Shown here piece by piece: positions 18,880 to 28,313 of a stretch of DNA of 32,000 nt. Each line of letters opens with the position of its first letter. Positions within the stretch are counted from its first letter, which is position 1. The DNA comes from Synechococcus elongatus PCC 6301 (lineage in GTDB: Bacteria > Cyanobacteriota > Cyanobacteriia > Synechococcales > Synechococcaceae), in the NCBI RefSeq assembly GCF_000010065.1, contig NC_006576.1, positions 2,100,001 through 2,132,000 on the forward strand. The letters run 5' to 3'. Position numbers and translations under genes: made by a program. The notes under the pieces are model-generated. The model did no database searches, was not told the DNA's origin, and saw only the letters and a program-made list of their open reading frames with translations.

Positions 18880-19740
18880 ATGCTGCTGCGATCGCTCCTC
18901 CTGATCCTCCTTGGCTGTGGGAGTGTCGTTCTGCTGTTTCTGGCGGCAATCTGGCTGGGACAGTCGCGGCTGATTTTCCGTCCTGCTAAGGATGAGCCTA
19001 TCCCGGAATCGCTGCTGGCCTATCAGCCCGCAGAGGTCTGGATTGCCCTGCAGCCCCAAGCAGTGCGATCGCCTCGGCTCCAAGCCTGGTGGTTTCCCAA
19101 TCAGGGGGTTACTCCTTGGACCGTTCTCTACCTGCACGGCATTCAAGGGCGCTGGGTCGACACGGAAGATCGACTCTTGCAGTTGCTCTCCTTGGGGCTA
19201 TCAGTGCTAGTTCTGCAATATCGCGGTTACGGACGCAGCTCTGGCCCTTTCCCCAACGAGCAACGGGTCTGCGCGGATGCTGAAGCGGCAGTTGCCTATC
19301 TGGCCAAGGAACACGCCATTCCCAGTGATCGCTTGTTAGTTTATGGCCACTCTTTGGGTGGTGCGATCGCGGCTGAGCTAGCTAACCGTCAGCCCAAACT
19401 AGCAGGCTTAATTCTGGAGGGATCCTTCAGCTCGATGCGGGCGATGACTCAATATCGGCAGCGGTTTGCTTGGTTCCCCAACTGGCTCTTGCACCAACGC
19501 TTTGATACCCTCGCTAAAGTGCGGCAGTCGTCGGTACCGGTGTTAATTCTGCACGGTGAAGCAGATACCGAGGTGCCAGCCCTAATGAGTGAAGCCCTGT
19601 TCTTGGCCGCTGCAGGGCCAAAGCAACTCTGTCGGATTCCCGATGGGGGGCATAACGACTTGCCGAAGCTGGCAGGCGATCGCTATCGACAGGCTTTTCA
19701 GCGTTTTCTCGATTTAGTGGCTGCGCGATCGCGAGCCTAG
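18880..19740 (+). CDS. Alpha/beta-fold hydrolase with an N-terminal membrane anchor
   Basis: The track ORF starts at 18742 inside gatA. The ATG at 18880 lies 4 nt after the gatA stop and opens with a TM helix (LLLILLGCGSVVLLFLAAIWL). The nucleophile elbow is GHSLGG, followed by LHGEADTEVP and GGHND. Confidence 0.85.
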   Translation: MLLRSLLLILLGCGSVVLLFLAAIWLGQSRLIFRPAKDEPIPESLLAYQPAEVWIALQPQAVRSPRLQAWWFPNQGVTPWTVLYLHGIQGRWVDTEDRLLQLLSLGLSVLVLQYRGYGRSSGPFPNEQRVCADAEAAVAYLAKEHAIPSDRLLVYGHSLGGAIAAELANRQPKLAGLILEGSFSSMRAMTQYRQRFAWFPNWLLHQRFDTLAKVRQSSVPVLILHGEADTEVPALMSEALFLAAAGPKQLCRIPDGGHNDLPKLAGDRYRQAFQRFLDLVAARSRA

Positions 19741-19901
19741 GTAGGCATCCCAGCAACGTTCCAGTGAATCGGGTGAGGCGTTTCCAGGCATGACTTGCAC
19801 TGCTTCCTGCTGTTCTCGTCGCTAAACCTGTGCAGGGGGGCATCCTAGGACGGGTCGTTTCAGGCTGTCTGAACGAGCCATCGCCCCTTGGGAGATTGAA
19901 G

Positions 19902-20756
19902 ATGACCCTGGCTGGCTACACCATTCGTCCCATGACGCGATCGGATTTGGATCTAGCGATCGCTTGGGCTGCTGCTGAAGGCTGGAATCCGGGCTTGGAT
20001 GATGCCGACAGCTTCTATAGCGCTGATCCCACAGGGTTCTGGATGGGCTGGCTAGATGATCAACCGATCGCTTGTCTGTCGACGGTCAAATATGGCGATC
20101 GCTTTGGCTTTGTCGGCTTTTACATCGTCGTACCCCAATACCGAGGTCAAGGCTACGGCTGGGCGATTTGGCAGGCTGGGCTGGCGAGTTTGGGGGATCG
20201 CCTGATCGGTTTGGACGGTGTGGTGGCACAACAGGAGAACTACCGGCGATCGCGCTTTGAATTGGCTTACTGTAACCAGCGCTATAGCGGCCTGAGTCGT
20301 AGGCTACAGTCCGAGCTCCCTGCGGCCATTCGTCGCTTAGAACCGGCGGATTTTCCCTCGCTCTTGGCCTACGATCGCCAGCTCTTTCCTGAAGATCGCC
20401 ACTCGTTTCTGGAAAAATGGCTGACTCAACCTCGAGCAATCGCCCTTGGCTATTTCGCATCCCAAGGACTCCAGGGCTATGGACAGATTCGTCCAAGTCA
20501 GGCGGGCTATCGGATCGGTCCCCTATTTGCCGATCAGCCTGAGATTGCTCAACAACTCTTTCTGGCTCTGCAGAGTCAAATTCCCGAGAGTCAGCCCATC
20601 TTTTGGGATATTCCCACGGTCAATACGGCCGCGATCGCGTTCGCCACAGAGCAGGGGTTCACCTCGATGTTCGACACCGCTCGGATGTATCGCGGAGCAG
20701 CCCCCGATATTTCCCTCAATCGCCTCTATGGAGTGACGAGTTTAGAGCTGGGCTAA
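19902..20756 (+). CDS. GNAT-family N-acetyltransferase with an additional C-terminal domain
   Basis: The ATG at 19902 is preceded by GGAG (19891). The acetyl-CoA motif YRGQGYGWAIW is present. The C-terminal half is a second domain resembling the two-domain YitH-type GNATs, judged by eye. Confidence 0.8.
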   Translation: MTLAGYTIRPMTRSDLDLAIAWAAAEGWNPGLDDADSFYSADPTGFWMGWLDDQPIACLSTVKYGDRFGFVGFYIVVPQYRGQGYGWAIWQAGLASLGDRLIGLDGVVAQQENYRRSRFELAYCNQRYSGLSRRLQSELPAAIRRLEPADFPSLLAYDRQLFPEDRHSFLEKWLTQPRAIALGYFASQGLQGYGQIRPSQAGYRIGPLFADQPEIAQQLFLALQSQIPESQPIFWDIPTVNTAAIAFATEQGFTSMFDTARMYRGAAPDISLNRLYGVTSLELG

Positions 20757-20795
20757 TTCATCACGCAGTGCGATCGTTGACTTTTGCGTTAAAGC

Positions 20796-20827
20796 AAAAA
20801 TCCTGCTCACACTTGAACAGGATTTTT
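20796..20827. terminator. Bidirectional intrinsic terminator shared by the GNAT gene (+) and tRNA-Glu (-)
   Basis: AAAAATCCTG (20796-20805) and CAGGATTTTT (20818-20827) form a 10-bp stem around a 12-nt loop. This gives a U-tract on both strands. A second AT-rich hairpin, TTTTGC/GCAAAA, lies immediately upstream. Confidence 0.6.
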
Positions 20828-20874
20828 GAGAAGATTAGAAGACTTGAAGTGATTCACTTAAGTCTCTGTTTTAA

Positions 20875-20947
20875 TACCCCCAAGGGGATTCGAACCCCTG
20901 TCGCCTCCGTGAAAGGGAGGTGTCCTAGGCCTCTAGACGATGGGGGC
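20875..20947 (-). tRNA. tRNA-Glu (anticodon UUC), 73 nt, no encoded CCA
   Basis: The reverse complement is GCCCCCATCGTCTAGAGGCCTAGGACACCTCCCTTTCACGGAGGCGACAGGGGTTCGAATCCCCTTGGGGGTA. It folds as a cloverleaf with anticodon loop CUUUCAC, T-loop TTCGAAT and a G1.U72 pair, as in plastid tRNA-Glu. Confidence 0.93.
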
Positions 20948-20967
20948 AAATCGCATCGCCAATTAAG

Positions 20968-20996
20968 AAATTATCGAACTTCTAGAGTGGTGTCAA
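20968..20996 (-). promoter_or_regulatory. Sigma70-type promoter for tRNA-Glu
   Basis: The minus strand reads TTGACA (20996-20991), a 17-nt spacer, then TAATTT (20973-20968). It ends 20 nt upstream of the mature tRNA 5' end. Confidence 0.5.
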
Positions 20997-21039
20997 CCCC
21001 TTCTCCAAAAGAAACTGCAGAGACCGCGATCGCGGTGCG

Positions 21040-22203
21040 TTAGCAGGGCATGGTGTAGCGATAAACCGGCATCGTGAAGTGGAAGGTGCTGCCTTGGCCC
21101 AGTTCCGAAGCAACCCAGATGCGGCCAAAGTGGGCCTGAACAATTCGCTGGCAAACCGATAGTCCAATGCCGTAGCCCTCTTGGCTGCTATCGCGGGAAA
21201 GCCGCACCAAGTTCTTGAAAATGACGCTGAGCTGGTCGCGAGGGATGCCAGAGCCCGTGTCGCTGATGCTGATCTGCACTTTCTGGCTCGTGCGATGGAG
21301 CGCTGCGATCGTGATTGTGCCCCCGGGCGGAGTGTATTTGATGGCGTTGTCTACCAGATTGACCAGAACCTGCCGCAGACGGTCAGGGTCGGCGTAGAGC
21401 GTGGGCAGGTCGCCTGGAACATCCGTGATCAACTGCTGCTGCTTACTCCGCCAGCGTTCATGCAACTGTTCCAGAACCTGCTGCAGGAGCGGCTCAAAGA
21501 CGACTTCGCGGGGATTGATCCGCAAGCTTTCGCCAGAGTGGCGAGTTGCCTCCAAAATCTCGGCAATCATGCGCTCGATTTCACGCAATTGCGATCGTGC
21601 CTGATCGAACAGACTGCACAGTCCCTGCATTTCCTTGGCTGTCGCCACAGAAAAGGATTGACTGCGGATTTGAATGGTGTCGACCGCCAAAAGAGCAGCG
21701 GTTAGCGGATTGCGGAGGTCGTGGGCGACGAGAGCAATGACCTGCTCAAGGAATTTTGTCCGCTCCGAGAGATCAGCGTATTGTTGCTGAAGCTGAAAAA
21801 AGGCATCAGCCTGCTGCAACGCGGGGGTCTCGGGTTGGCCTAGCTCCGTGAACGGAATGTTGACTTCAGGTGGCTCTCGATCGGCAAAAAAGGCCTCTTG
21901 CTGAACCAGCCACTGGGGCAACTGGTTGGCTAATTGATCGGTGAGGTCGATGCCACTCAGAACTTGGCGAGAGCCTGGACCAATTTTAACCAGGGCAGGC
22001 GTGACGACTAGGCGGTAGTACTCCACCAGTTGTGGCTGGTCCGCCACATTGATCACCTGCAAGCTGATGGGGACGGTTGCCTCTACTGCTGCCAAAATAT
22101 TTTTAACCCGCTGCACAATGTGCTGTGACAGGGGCCGGGTATCGACGAACAGTTGCAGTAGCAACGGTTGAGCCAGTGCTTGTGGTGACAGAGACTCTCC
22201 CAT
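21040..22203 (-). CDS. sasA: Circadian clock output histidine kinase SasA (KaiB-like N-terminal domain plus HisKA/HATPase)
   Basis: From the ATG at 22203 the protein reads MGESLSPQALAQPLLLQLFVDTRPLSQHIVQRVKNILAAVE, which is the S. elongatus SasA N-terminus as I recall it. The H-box is VAHDLRNP, with N, G1 and G2 boxes downstream. The length is 387 aa. Confidence 0.93.
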   Translation of the reverse strand: MGESLSPQALAQPLLLQLFVDTRPLSQHIVQRVKNILAAVEATVPISLQVINVADQPQLVEYYRLVVTPALVKIGPGSRQVLSGIDLTDQLANQLPQWLVQQEAFFADREPPEVNIPFTELGQPETPALQQADAFFQLQQQYADLSERTKFLEQVIALVAHDLRNPLTAALLAVDTIQIRSQSFSVATAKEMQGLCSLFDQARSQLREIERMIAEILEATRHSGESLRINPREVVFEPLLQQVLEQLHERWRSKQQQLITDVPGDLPTLYADPDRLRQVLVNLVDNAIKYTPPGGTITIAALHRTSQKVQISISDTGSGIPRDQLSVIFKNLVRLSRDSSQEGYGIGLSVCQRIVQAHFGRIWVASELGQGSTFHFTMPVYRYTMPC

Positions 22204-22304
22204 TAACTCGCGATCGCTGGCTGGGGGGCAAACACCCACGGGGTCGTGCGTGTTCCCAACAGTCTACCGAAGCGATCGCGAATTCGTTGGTAAGTAGGAT
22301 GGCT

Positions 22305-23300
22305 CTAGCGGAACGTACTGCTCACTGAGCTTTCTTCGTGAATCCGCCAAATTGTTTCACCCAACAGGTTAGCCACCGACAGGATCGTCAACTGAGGGAA
22401 GCGGTTTTCCTCGGGGATCGGAATCGTGTTAGTGACAATTACTTCCTCGAAGAGGCCGCTGGCCGAGAGACGCTCGATTGCCGGTGGCGAGAAGACTGCG
22501 TGCGTCGCACAGGCGTAGACCTGGCTCGCGCCTTGCTTGCGCAGGAGACGGGCACCCTCGCAGATGGTGCCAGCTGTGTCGATCATGTCGTCCACGAGCA
22601 CCGCTGTTTTACCCTGAACGTCACCAATGACGTTGAGGACTTCCGCAACGTTGTGAGCTTGTCGACGCTTATCAATGATCGCTAAAGGCGCATCATCTAA
22701 TTTCTTGGCGAAGGCACGAGCCCGAGCGACACCACCGACGTCAGGAGAAACCACTACTAGATCAGCGAGATTTTTGCTGCGCAGATAGTCGATCAGGACA
22801 GGCGACCCATAGACGTGATCGAAGGGAATGTCGAAATAGCCTTGAATCTGGGCTGAGTGCAAGTCCATCGCCAGCACCCGATTCGCTCCAGCCTGAGTGA
22901 TTAGGTTAGCAACCAACTTGGCTGTAATCGACTCACGACCTGCCGTTTTGCGATCGGCGCGGGCGTAACCGTAGTAGGGCAAGACTGCCGTGATTTGGCG
23001 GGCTGACGCACGTCGACAGGCGTCGATCATGATCAGCAATTCCATCAAGTGGTCGTTGACCGGCCAGCAGGTCGGCTGCATCAAGTAGACATCACAGCCG
23101 CGGATCGATTCTTGGATTTGAACGTACAATTCACCATCCGCAAACCGCTTGCGGATCATGGGCCCTAAATCAATCCCGAGATAGCGAGAAACTTCTTGGG
23201 AGAGGGCGGAATTGGACGAACCAGAAAATAGCCGTAGGCGATGATTGTCCGGGAGTGAGGGCAGTGCAGACGCGAAGGGCAGGGTGGCAGAACGGATCAC
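22305..23300 (-). CDS. prs: Ribose-phosphate pyrophosphokinase
   Basis: GTG start; 331 aa. Motifs are YARADRK, the PRPP-binding loop VLVDDMIDTAGT and VVSPDVGG. Confidence 0.95.
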   Translation of the reverse strand: MIRSATLPFASALPSLPDNHRLRLFSGSSNSALSQEVSRYLGIDLGPMIRKRFADGELYVQIQESIRGCDVYLMQPTCWPVNDHLMELLIMIDACRRASARQITAVLPYYGYARADRKTAGRESITAKLVANLITQAGANRVLAMDLHSAQIQGYFDIPFDHVYGSPVLIDYLRSKNLADLVVVSPDVGGVARARAFAKKLDDAPLAIIDKRRQAHNVAEVLNVIGDVQGKTAVLVDDMIDTAGTICEGARLLRKQGASQVYACATHAVFSPPAIERLSASGLFEEVIVTNTIPIPEENRFPQLTILSVANLLGETIWRIHEESSVSSTFR

Positions 23301-23528
23301 AGCAGACCCCGGAGCATAACCAACGAAATCTTATCATCCCTGCCTAGGCGTCGACCGTGGCAACAGGACGCTAAAAGGCATGCCTACTGGGCCGTTCGCC
23401 TGTTTTTGATCGCGAGCGATCGCCTTCAACAAGTTTTCGTTTCCGATTGGCTGGAGCGATCGCCCGGTGCATCGTCTTGGTAACAGTTCCCGTTAGGCTG
23501 AAGACGCTCCTTTGCTGCTTCTTTCGTT

Positions 23529-24071
23529 ATGCGTCTGCTGATCAGCAGTACTTCTTCCGGCGCTGGTAAATCCGCGATCGCCCAAGCACTACAGGCCTAT
23601 CAAGCTTGGCGACGGCAACCGGTTTGGTCGCTTCAAGACTGGCTGGCGTCAGATCAGTCCTTGGCGGAACGCTGGCAGACTTTGCAGCAGAGCGAAGCCT
23701 GTTTTCTGGAAGCGCCCGGTTGTTTGGGAACACTGGTTGCACCGGAATTGACCGTGGCAGATCTAGCACAGGCTTGGCGATTACCGGTGCTGTTGGTGGC
23801 TTCAGCCCAAATGGACTGGCCCGGACAGGCGATCGCGATGGTGGCCTTGGCTCAACAACGGCAGCTACCGATTTTGGGCGTGATTCTCAATCAAGTTACG
23901 ACTGCAGCTCCCGTTGCACAGGAATCTTTCCAGTTACTGACTGGCATTCCTGTGCTGGGAACTTTTCTAGCGGGAGCAGCCCAAGCGGCGATCGCAGATC
24001 AGGCGGCGATCGTCCGTAATTGGGATCTCGAACGCCTACCCGGATTCCTGCCAGCGATCGCGAGAGTCTAG
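23529..24071 (+). CDS. Short P-loop protein resembling a truncated dethiobiotin synthase (BioD-like)
   Basis: 180 aa with the P-loop-like STSSGAGKS. The block FLEAPGCLGTLVAPELTVADLAQAWRLPVLLVASAQ...ILGVILNQV is collinear by eye with E. coli BioD VLVEGAGGWFTPL...LPVILVV...LAGWVANDV. The middle substrate-binding segment appears to be absent. Confidence 0.5.
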   Translation: MRLLISSTSSGAGKSAIAQALQAYQAWRRQPVWSLQDWLASDQSLAERWQTLQQSEACFLEAPGCLGTLVAPELTVADLAQAWRLPVLLVASAQMDWPGQAIAMVALAQQRQLPILGVILNQVTTAAPVAQESFQLLTGIPVLGTFLAGAAQAAIADQAAIVRNWDLERLPGFLPAIARV

Positions 24072-24097
24072 TAGCTGAAGTCGTTTTTCAGTTGGAC

Positions 24098-25006
24098 TCA
24101 GACCTTGCCCAGTGCTTGTAGCTTGTCCCAAGCCAACTTGGCAGCCCCAACTCGACCGGCTTCGTTGCCGAGTGCCGCGATCGCAATCTGCAGATCTTCA
24201 CGAGAGGTCGGGAGGACGCGACGATGCAGCTCCTCCGTCAGTGCCGGTAAGAAGAAAGCTGCACTGCCGCTGATGCCGCCGCCCAGAATAATCACTTCGG
24301 GCGTCAGGACATAGACCAGACTGGCAAGACCGGCAGCGAGCGTTCGGCCATAGTCCTGCCAAGCCGCGATCGCTTCAGGACCCCCTTGGGAAGCGCGATC
24401 GCCGAGGTCTTTGGGATCGCAACCAAAGCGCCGCTGAACGGCTCCGATCGAGGCATATTGCTCTAACGATCCTTGGTTGCCACTATTGCAATGCGGCCCA
24501 GCCGGGTCCAGTGTGATCAGCCCGAGTTCTGCTGCTGTTCCCGTGCGACCCACAAACAGCTCGCCATTGAGTACGATCGCCCCGCCCACGCCGGTCCCGA
24601 GAGTCAGCAAAATGGCATCGCGATAGCCCCGACCGCCACCCAGCCAGACTTCACCCAAGCCAGCGCAGTTGGCATCATTGGCCAAAATGACCGGCCGTTG
24701 CAGATCGGCTTCCAGCCAGTCAGCCAGGGGGACCTCAGTCCAGCCGTCTAGATTGATGGCAACCCGCGCTACCCGACCGGCTGCATCCGCAGGCCCCGGT
24801 GTACCAATGCCGATCGCCAGTGCTTCAGCTTGGGGATCGAGCTGACGGATCGCCTCTACGAGCGCAGCCCGAACATTGCTTGGCGTGCTGGGGGTTGGAG
24901 TTGGGACGGTCAATTCCTGCTGACACTGTCCCTCAATCGGGTAACGCCCCAATTTCATGGCAGTTCCGCCCAAATCGACGCCGATCACGGTCGCGGGGTA
25001 TGCCAT
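24098..25006 (-). CDS. ROK-family sugar kinase (glucokinase-like)
   Basis: The start is taken at ATG 25006 (MAYPATVIGVDLGGTAMK, the ATP-binding DxGGT motif). ILANDANCAGLGE and GTGVGGAIV are present. No N-terminal HTH, so this is a kinase rather than a repressor. Confidence 0.85.
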   Translation of the reverse strand: MAYPATVIGVDLGGTAMKLGRYPIEGQCQQELTVPTPTPSTPSNVRAALVEAIRQLDPQAEALAIGIGTPGPADAAGRVARVAINLDGWTEVPLADWLEADLQRPVILANDANCAGLGEVWLGGGRGYRDAILLTLGTGVGGAIVLNGELFVGRTGTAAELGLITLDPAGPHCNSGNQGSLEQYASIGAVQRRFGCDPKDLGDRASQGGPEAIAAWQDYGRTLAAGLASLVYVLTPEVIILGGGISGSAAFFLPALTEELHRRVLPTSREDLQIAIAALGNEAGRVGAAKLAWDKLQALGKV

Positions 25007-25130
25007 AACGATTGCCCTAGCCCAAGTTGCAAAAGAGTTTCGCAATCCTAGCAAGCAGCGATCGCCTCAGTGAAACAGACATGCCACGATCGCCAATAGT
25101 CCCCCTGTTTTGAAGCGAGGAGCGAACACC

Positions 25131-26114
25131 GTGCGCGTCGTCTTTTTTGGAACCCCCCAATTCGCGGTTCCAACTTTGCAGCAGTTGCTTGATGCGCCGG
25201 ATGTTGAGGTGATGGCGGTGGTCAGCCAACCCGATCGCCGCCGAGGGCGGGGTAATCAGGTCAGTGCTTCGCCGGTCAAAGCCCTCGCGATCGCCTATGA
25301 TTTGCCAGTCTGGCAACCGGAACGCCTGCGCCGCGATCCAGAAGTCTTGAGTCAGTTACAGCAAACCCAAGCTGATGCGTTTGTCGTTGTCGCTTACGGC
25401 CAGTTACTGCCAGCGGAGGTGCTGGCGATGCCACGACTGGGCTGCATCAACGTCCATGGTTCGCTGCTGCCGGCCTATCGTGGTGCCGCCCCGATCCAGT
25501 GGAGTTTGATCAACGGCGATCGCGAAACGGGGATCGTGACGATGCAGATGGATGTAGGCATGGATACGGGGCCGATGCTGTTGCGCTGGACGACCCCGAT
25601 CGCCTTGGACGATAACAGTCAGACCTTGGGCGATCGCTTGGCGACAGCGGGCGCTGAACTGCTCTTACAAACGCTGCGGCAACTGGATCAGGGGCACCTA
25701 ACTGCGATTTCTCAAAACGAGGCTGAAGCGACCTATGCTCGGCTCCTGCAAAAGGAAGACTTTCAGCTGAGCTGGGATCAGTCCGCCTTGGAGCTGCATA
25801 ACCGGATTCGTGGGCTGTATCCCGGAGCGAGTCTACCTGTCCAAGGCGATCGCCTCAAAGTTTTGGCCAGTCTGCCCTTGGGACTAGGTCTGCTCCTGTC
25901 GGCGGCCTATGCAGATTGGCAAGATTGGCAGCCTGATCCAGCAGCTCAGCCAGGGACCGTATTGGCGATCGCCAAATCCTTGGGGCCGATCGTGGCGACT
26001 CGCGAGGGAGCATTACTACTACTACAAGTTCAACCGGCAGGCCGCAAACCACTGAGTGGCTGGGATTGGGCCAACGGCCTGCGCTTGCAAGAAGGGCTGT
26101 CTTTGCTGGAGTAA
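25131..26114 (+). CDS. fmt: Methionyl-tRNA formyltransferase
   Basis: The GTG at 25131 is preceded by GAGGAG (25117-25122). VVFFGTPQFAVPTL, NVHGSLLPAYRGAAPIQW and the C-terminal Fmt domain are present. The track starts at TTG 25110. Confidence 0.93.
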   Translation: MRVVFFGTPQFAVPTLQQLLDAPDVEVMAVVSQPDRRRGRGNQVSASPVKALAIAYDLPVWQPERLRRDPEVLSQLQQTQADAFVVVAYGQLLPAEVLAMPRLGCINVHGSLLPAYRGAAPIQWSLINGDRETGIVTMQMDVGMDTGPMLLRWTTPIALDDNSQTLGDRLATAGAELLLQTLRQLDQGHLTAISQNEAEATYARLLQKEDFQLSWDQSALELHNRIRGLYPGASLPVQGDRLKVLASLPLGLGLLLSAAYADWQDWQPDPAAQPGTVLAIAKSLGPIVATREGALLLLQVQPAGRKPLSGWDWANGLRLQEGLSLLE

Positions 26115-27890
26115 CTAAACGCGATCGCTCAGACGTTCGCCGGTTTGCACTTTCCAGAGGTTGGCATAGAGGCCATCCAAGGCAAGAAGTTCGTCATGGT
26201 GTCCGGCTTCGACCAAGCGACCCTGATCCATCACATAGATGCAGTCCGCATGACGAATCGTCGAGAGGCGGTGGGCGATCGCCAAGGTGGTCCGATCGCG
26301 GGTGATTTGTTCGAGCGATCGCTGAATGGCGGCTTCGGTCTCGTTATCGACTGCCGAGGTTGCTTCATCGAGGATCAGGATTGGCGGATCCTTGAGAATG
26401 GCTCGCGCGATCGCCAAACGCTGCCGCTGTCCACCCGACAGTTTCTGGCCTCGTTCGCCCACAACTGTGTCGTAACCCTGGGGTAAATCCATGATGAATT
26501 CGTGGGCTTCAGCGAGCTTGGCAGCTTGCTCAATTTCAGTCTGAGTCGCGTCAAAACTACCGTAGGCAATGTTCTCAGCAACACTGCCATGGAAGAGAAA
26601 AACATCCAGGCTAACGAAGCCGATCGCCTGCCGCAAATCCTTCAGTTTTAAGTCACGCAAATCAATCCCATCGAGTAGGATGCGACCGGTTTGAGGTTCA
26701 TAGAAACGCAGCAGCAGTTTGACTAAGGTACTTTTGCCAGAACCAGTAGCCCCGACGATCGCAATCGTTTGACCAGCGGGGATGTTCAGATTGAGATCGA
26801 TAACACTGGGTTCGCGATCACGGTAAGCAAAGGTGATGCCTTCAAACTGGACAGCACCTTGCACTTGGCCGATCGGCAAAGATTGGCGACCGCTGGGAAT
26901 TTGCACCGGGATCGCCAGCAAATCCATCACCCGCTGGGTCGAAGCCATCGCCCGTTGGTAGTCATCCAGTACTCGCCCCAAGCTGGTCAAGGGCCAGAGA
27001 AGACGTTGGGTAATGAACACCAAAAAGCTATAGGTGCCGACATCGAGCCGTCCGTTAATGGTTTCCATTCCACCGACATAAAGAATGGCGATGAAAGCAA
27101 ACAGAATCGCGAAACGAATCAATGGAACAAAAGCGGAACTGAGCGCGATCGCCCGACGATTCGCTTGGCGATAGGCATCACTATCCTCAGCGACCCGCCC
27201 TTTTTCAAATGCCTCAGCCGTGAAACTTTTAATCGTGGCAATGCCGCCCAAATTGTTCGCCAGTCGTGCACTAATCAGACCGGCTTGTTCGCGAACGCGG
27301 GCATAGCGCGGGGCTAAACGCCGTTGGAAGCGCAGCGATCCCCAGAGAATGACAGGAATCGGCAGAATCGCCAGCCCTGCCACGGTTGGAGAGAGATAAG
27401 CCATCGCCCCACCGACTGCCAGAACGGTGGTCGTGACCTGCAAAATCTCGTTTGCGCCGTGGTCGAGGAAGCGTTCGAGCTGGTTGATGTCATCGTTGAG
27501 AACACTGAGTAGCTGACCAGTACTCCGCTCCTCAAAAAAGCTCAGCTCCAGTTCTTGCAAATGGCCGTAGGCATCCAAACGCAACTCATGTTGCAGCGTT
27601 TGCGCGAGGGTGCGCCATTGCCAAGCGTAGAGATACTCGAACAGTGATTCGAGGCTCCAAATCACAAAGGAGAACAGCACCAACAGCCCTAACTGCTGTT
27701 CAACGGGGACGACGCCCCACTTGGCCAGCCAAGAATCCTGCCGCTGGACAACCACATCCACCGCCATGCCAATCAGGACGGGTGGGGCAAGGTCAAAGAT
27801 TTTGTTGAGGATCGAACAAGCGATCGCACTCAGCACCTGCCGTTGATGGGGGGCACTGTAGCGATACAACCGCACAAGGGGATGGGGCAT
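26115..27890 (-). CDS. ABC exporter, fused transmembrane and ATPase domains (MsbA/multidrug-type half transporter)
   Basis: 591 aa with six N-terminal TM helices, Walker [10 protein letters not shown], signature LSGGQRQR and Walker [10 protein letters not shown]. Confidence 0.9.
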   Translation of the reverse strand: MPHPLVRLYRYSAPHQRQVLSAIACSILNKIFDLAPPVLIGMAVDVVVQRQDSWLAKWGVVPVEQQLGLLVLFSFVIWSLESLFEYLYAWQWRTLAQTLQHELRLDAYGHLQELELSFFEERSTGQLLSVLNDDINQLERFLDHGANEILQVTTTVLAVGGAMAYLSPTVAGLAILPIPVILWGSLRFQRRLAPRYARVREQAGLISARLANNLGGIATIKSFTAEAFEKGRVAEDSDAYRQANRRAIALSSAFVPLIRFAILFAFIAILYVGGMETINGRLDVGTYSFLVFITQRLLWPLTSLGRVLDDYQRAMASTQRVMDLLAIPVQIPSGRQSLPIGQVQGAVQFEGITFAYRDREPSVIDLNLNIPAGQTIAIVGATGSGKSTLVKLLLRFYEPQTGRILLDGIDLRDLKLKDLRQAIGFVSLDVFLFHGSVAENIAYGSFDATQTEIEQAAKLAEAHEFIMDLPQGYDTVVGERGQKLSGGQRQRLAIARAILKDPPILILDEATSAVDNETEAAIQRSLEQITRDRTTLAIAHRLSTIRHADCIYVMDQGRLVEAGHHDELLALDGLYANLWKVQTGERLSDRV

Positions 27891-27944
27891 GGTTCTCGCA
27901 ATCAGCCAGCTCTTTCCAGCATGGCAGGCGATCGCAGTTCCATA

Positions 27945-28313
27945 TTAGAGAGGGTGGTAGCGAACGGAGTAGCTCGGCCCAAGTTCGAGCCTCAAGGCTT
28001 GCAAAGCAGCCTGGGCTGCGACTTCAAACTGAGCTGACTCTTCAGCCGTCCAAGGGCTTGGCCCTGCCGGATCATTCCAGTCCAAAGCAGTGTCATGCCA
28101 AAGAGACAGTTGGTCTAATTGCTGTCGCAAGCTCTGGGATAGTGGCAGTTGATCTTCGATCGCGCCAACATCAAAGCGATCGCGACTCGCCGCATCATCC
28201 GCCCAAAGAATCCCACCACCCCATTCAAAGCTAAGGCGAAGTGCGAGGGGTTTAGGTGAAGAATTATTGGCTCCAAGCTGAGGTTCAGTGCAGTTAATTG
28301 GGTATGGATCCAT
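27945..28313 (-). CDS. Hypothetical acidic, Trp-rich protein (122 aa) directly upstream of the ABC exporter
   Basis: The ORF is in the same orientation as the exporter and 54 nt upstream of it. The ATG is at 28313; the track uses TTG 28322. No family recognised. Confidence 0.5.
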   Translation of the reverse strand: MDPYPINCTEPQLGANNSSPKPLALRLSFEWGGGILWADDAASRDRFDVGAIEDQLPLSQSLRQQLDQLSLWHDTALDWNDPAGPSPWTAEESAQFEVAAQAALQALRLELGPSYSVRYHPL

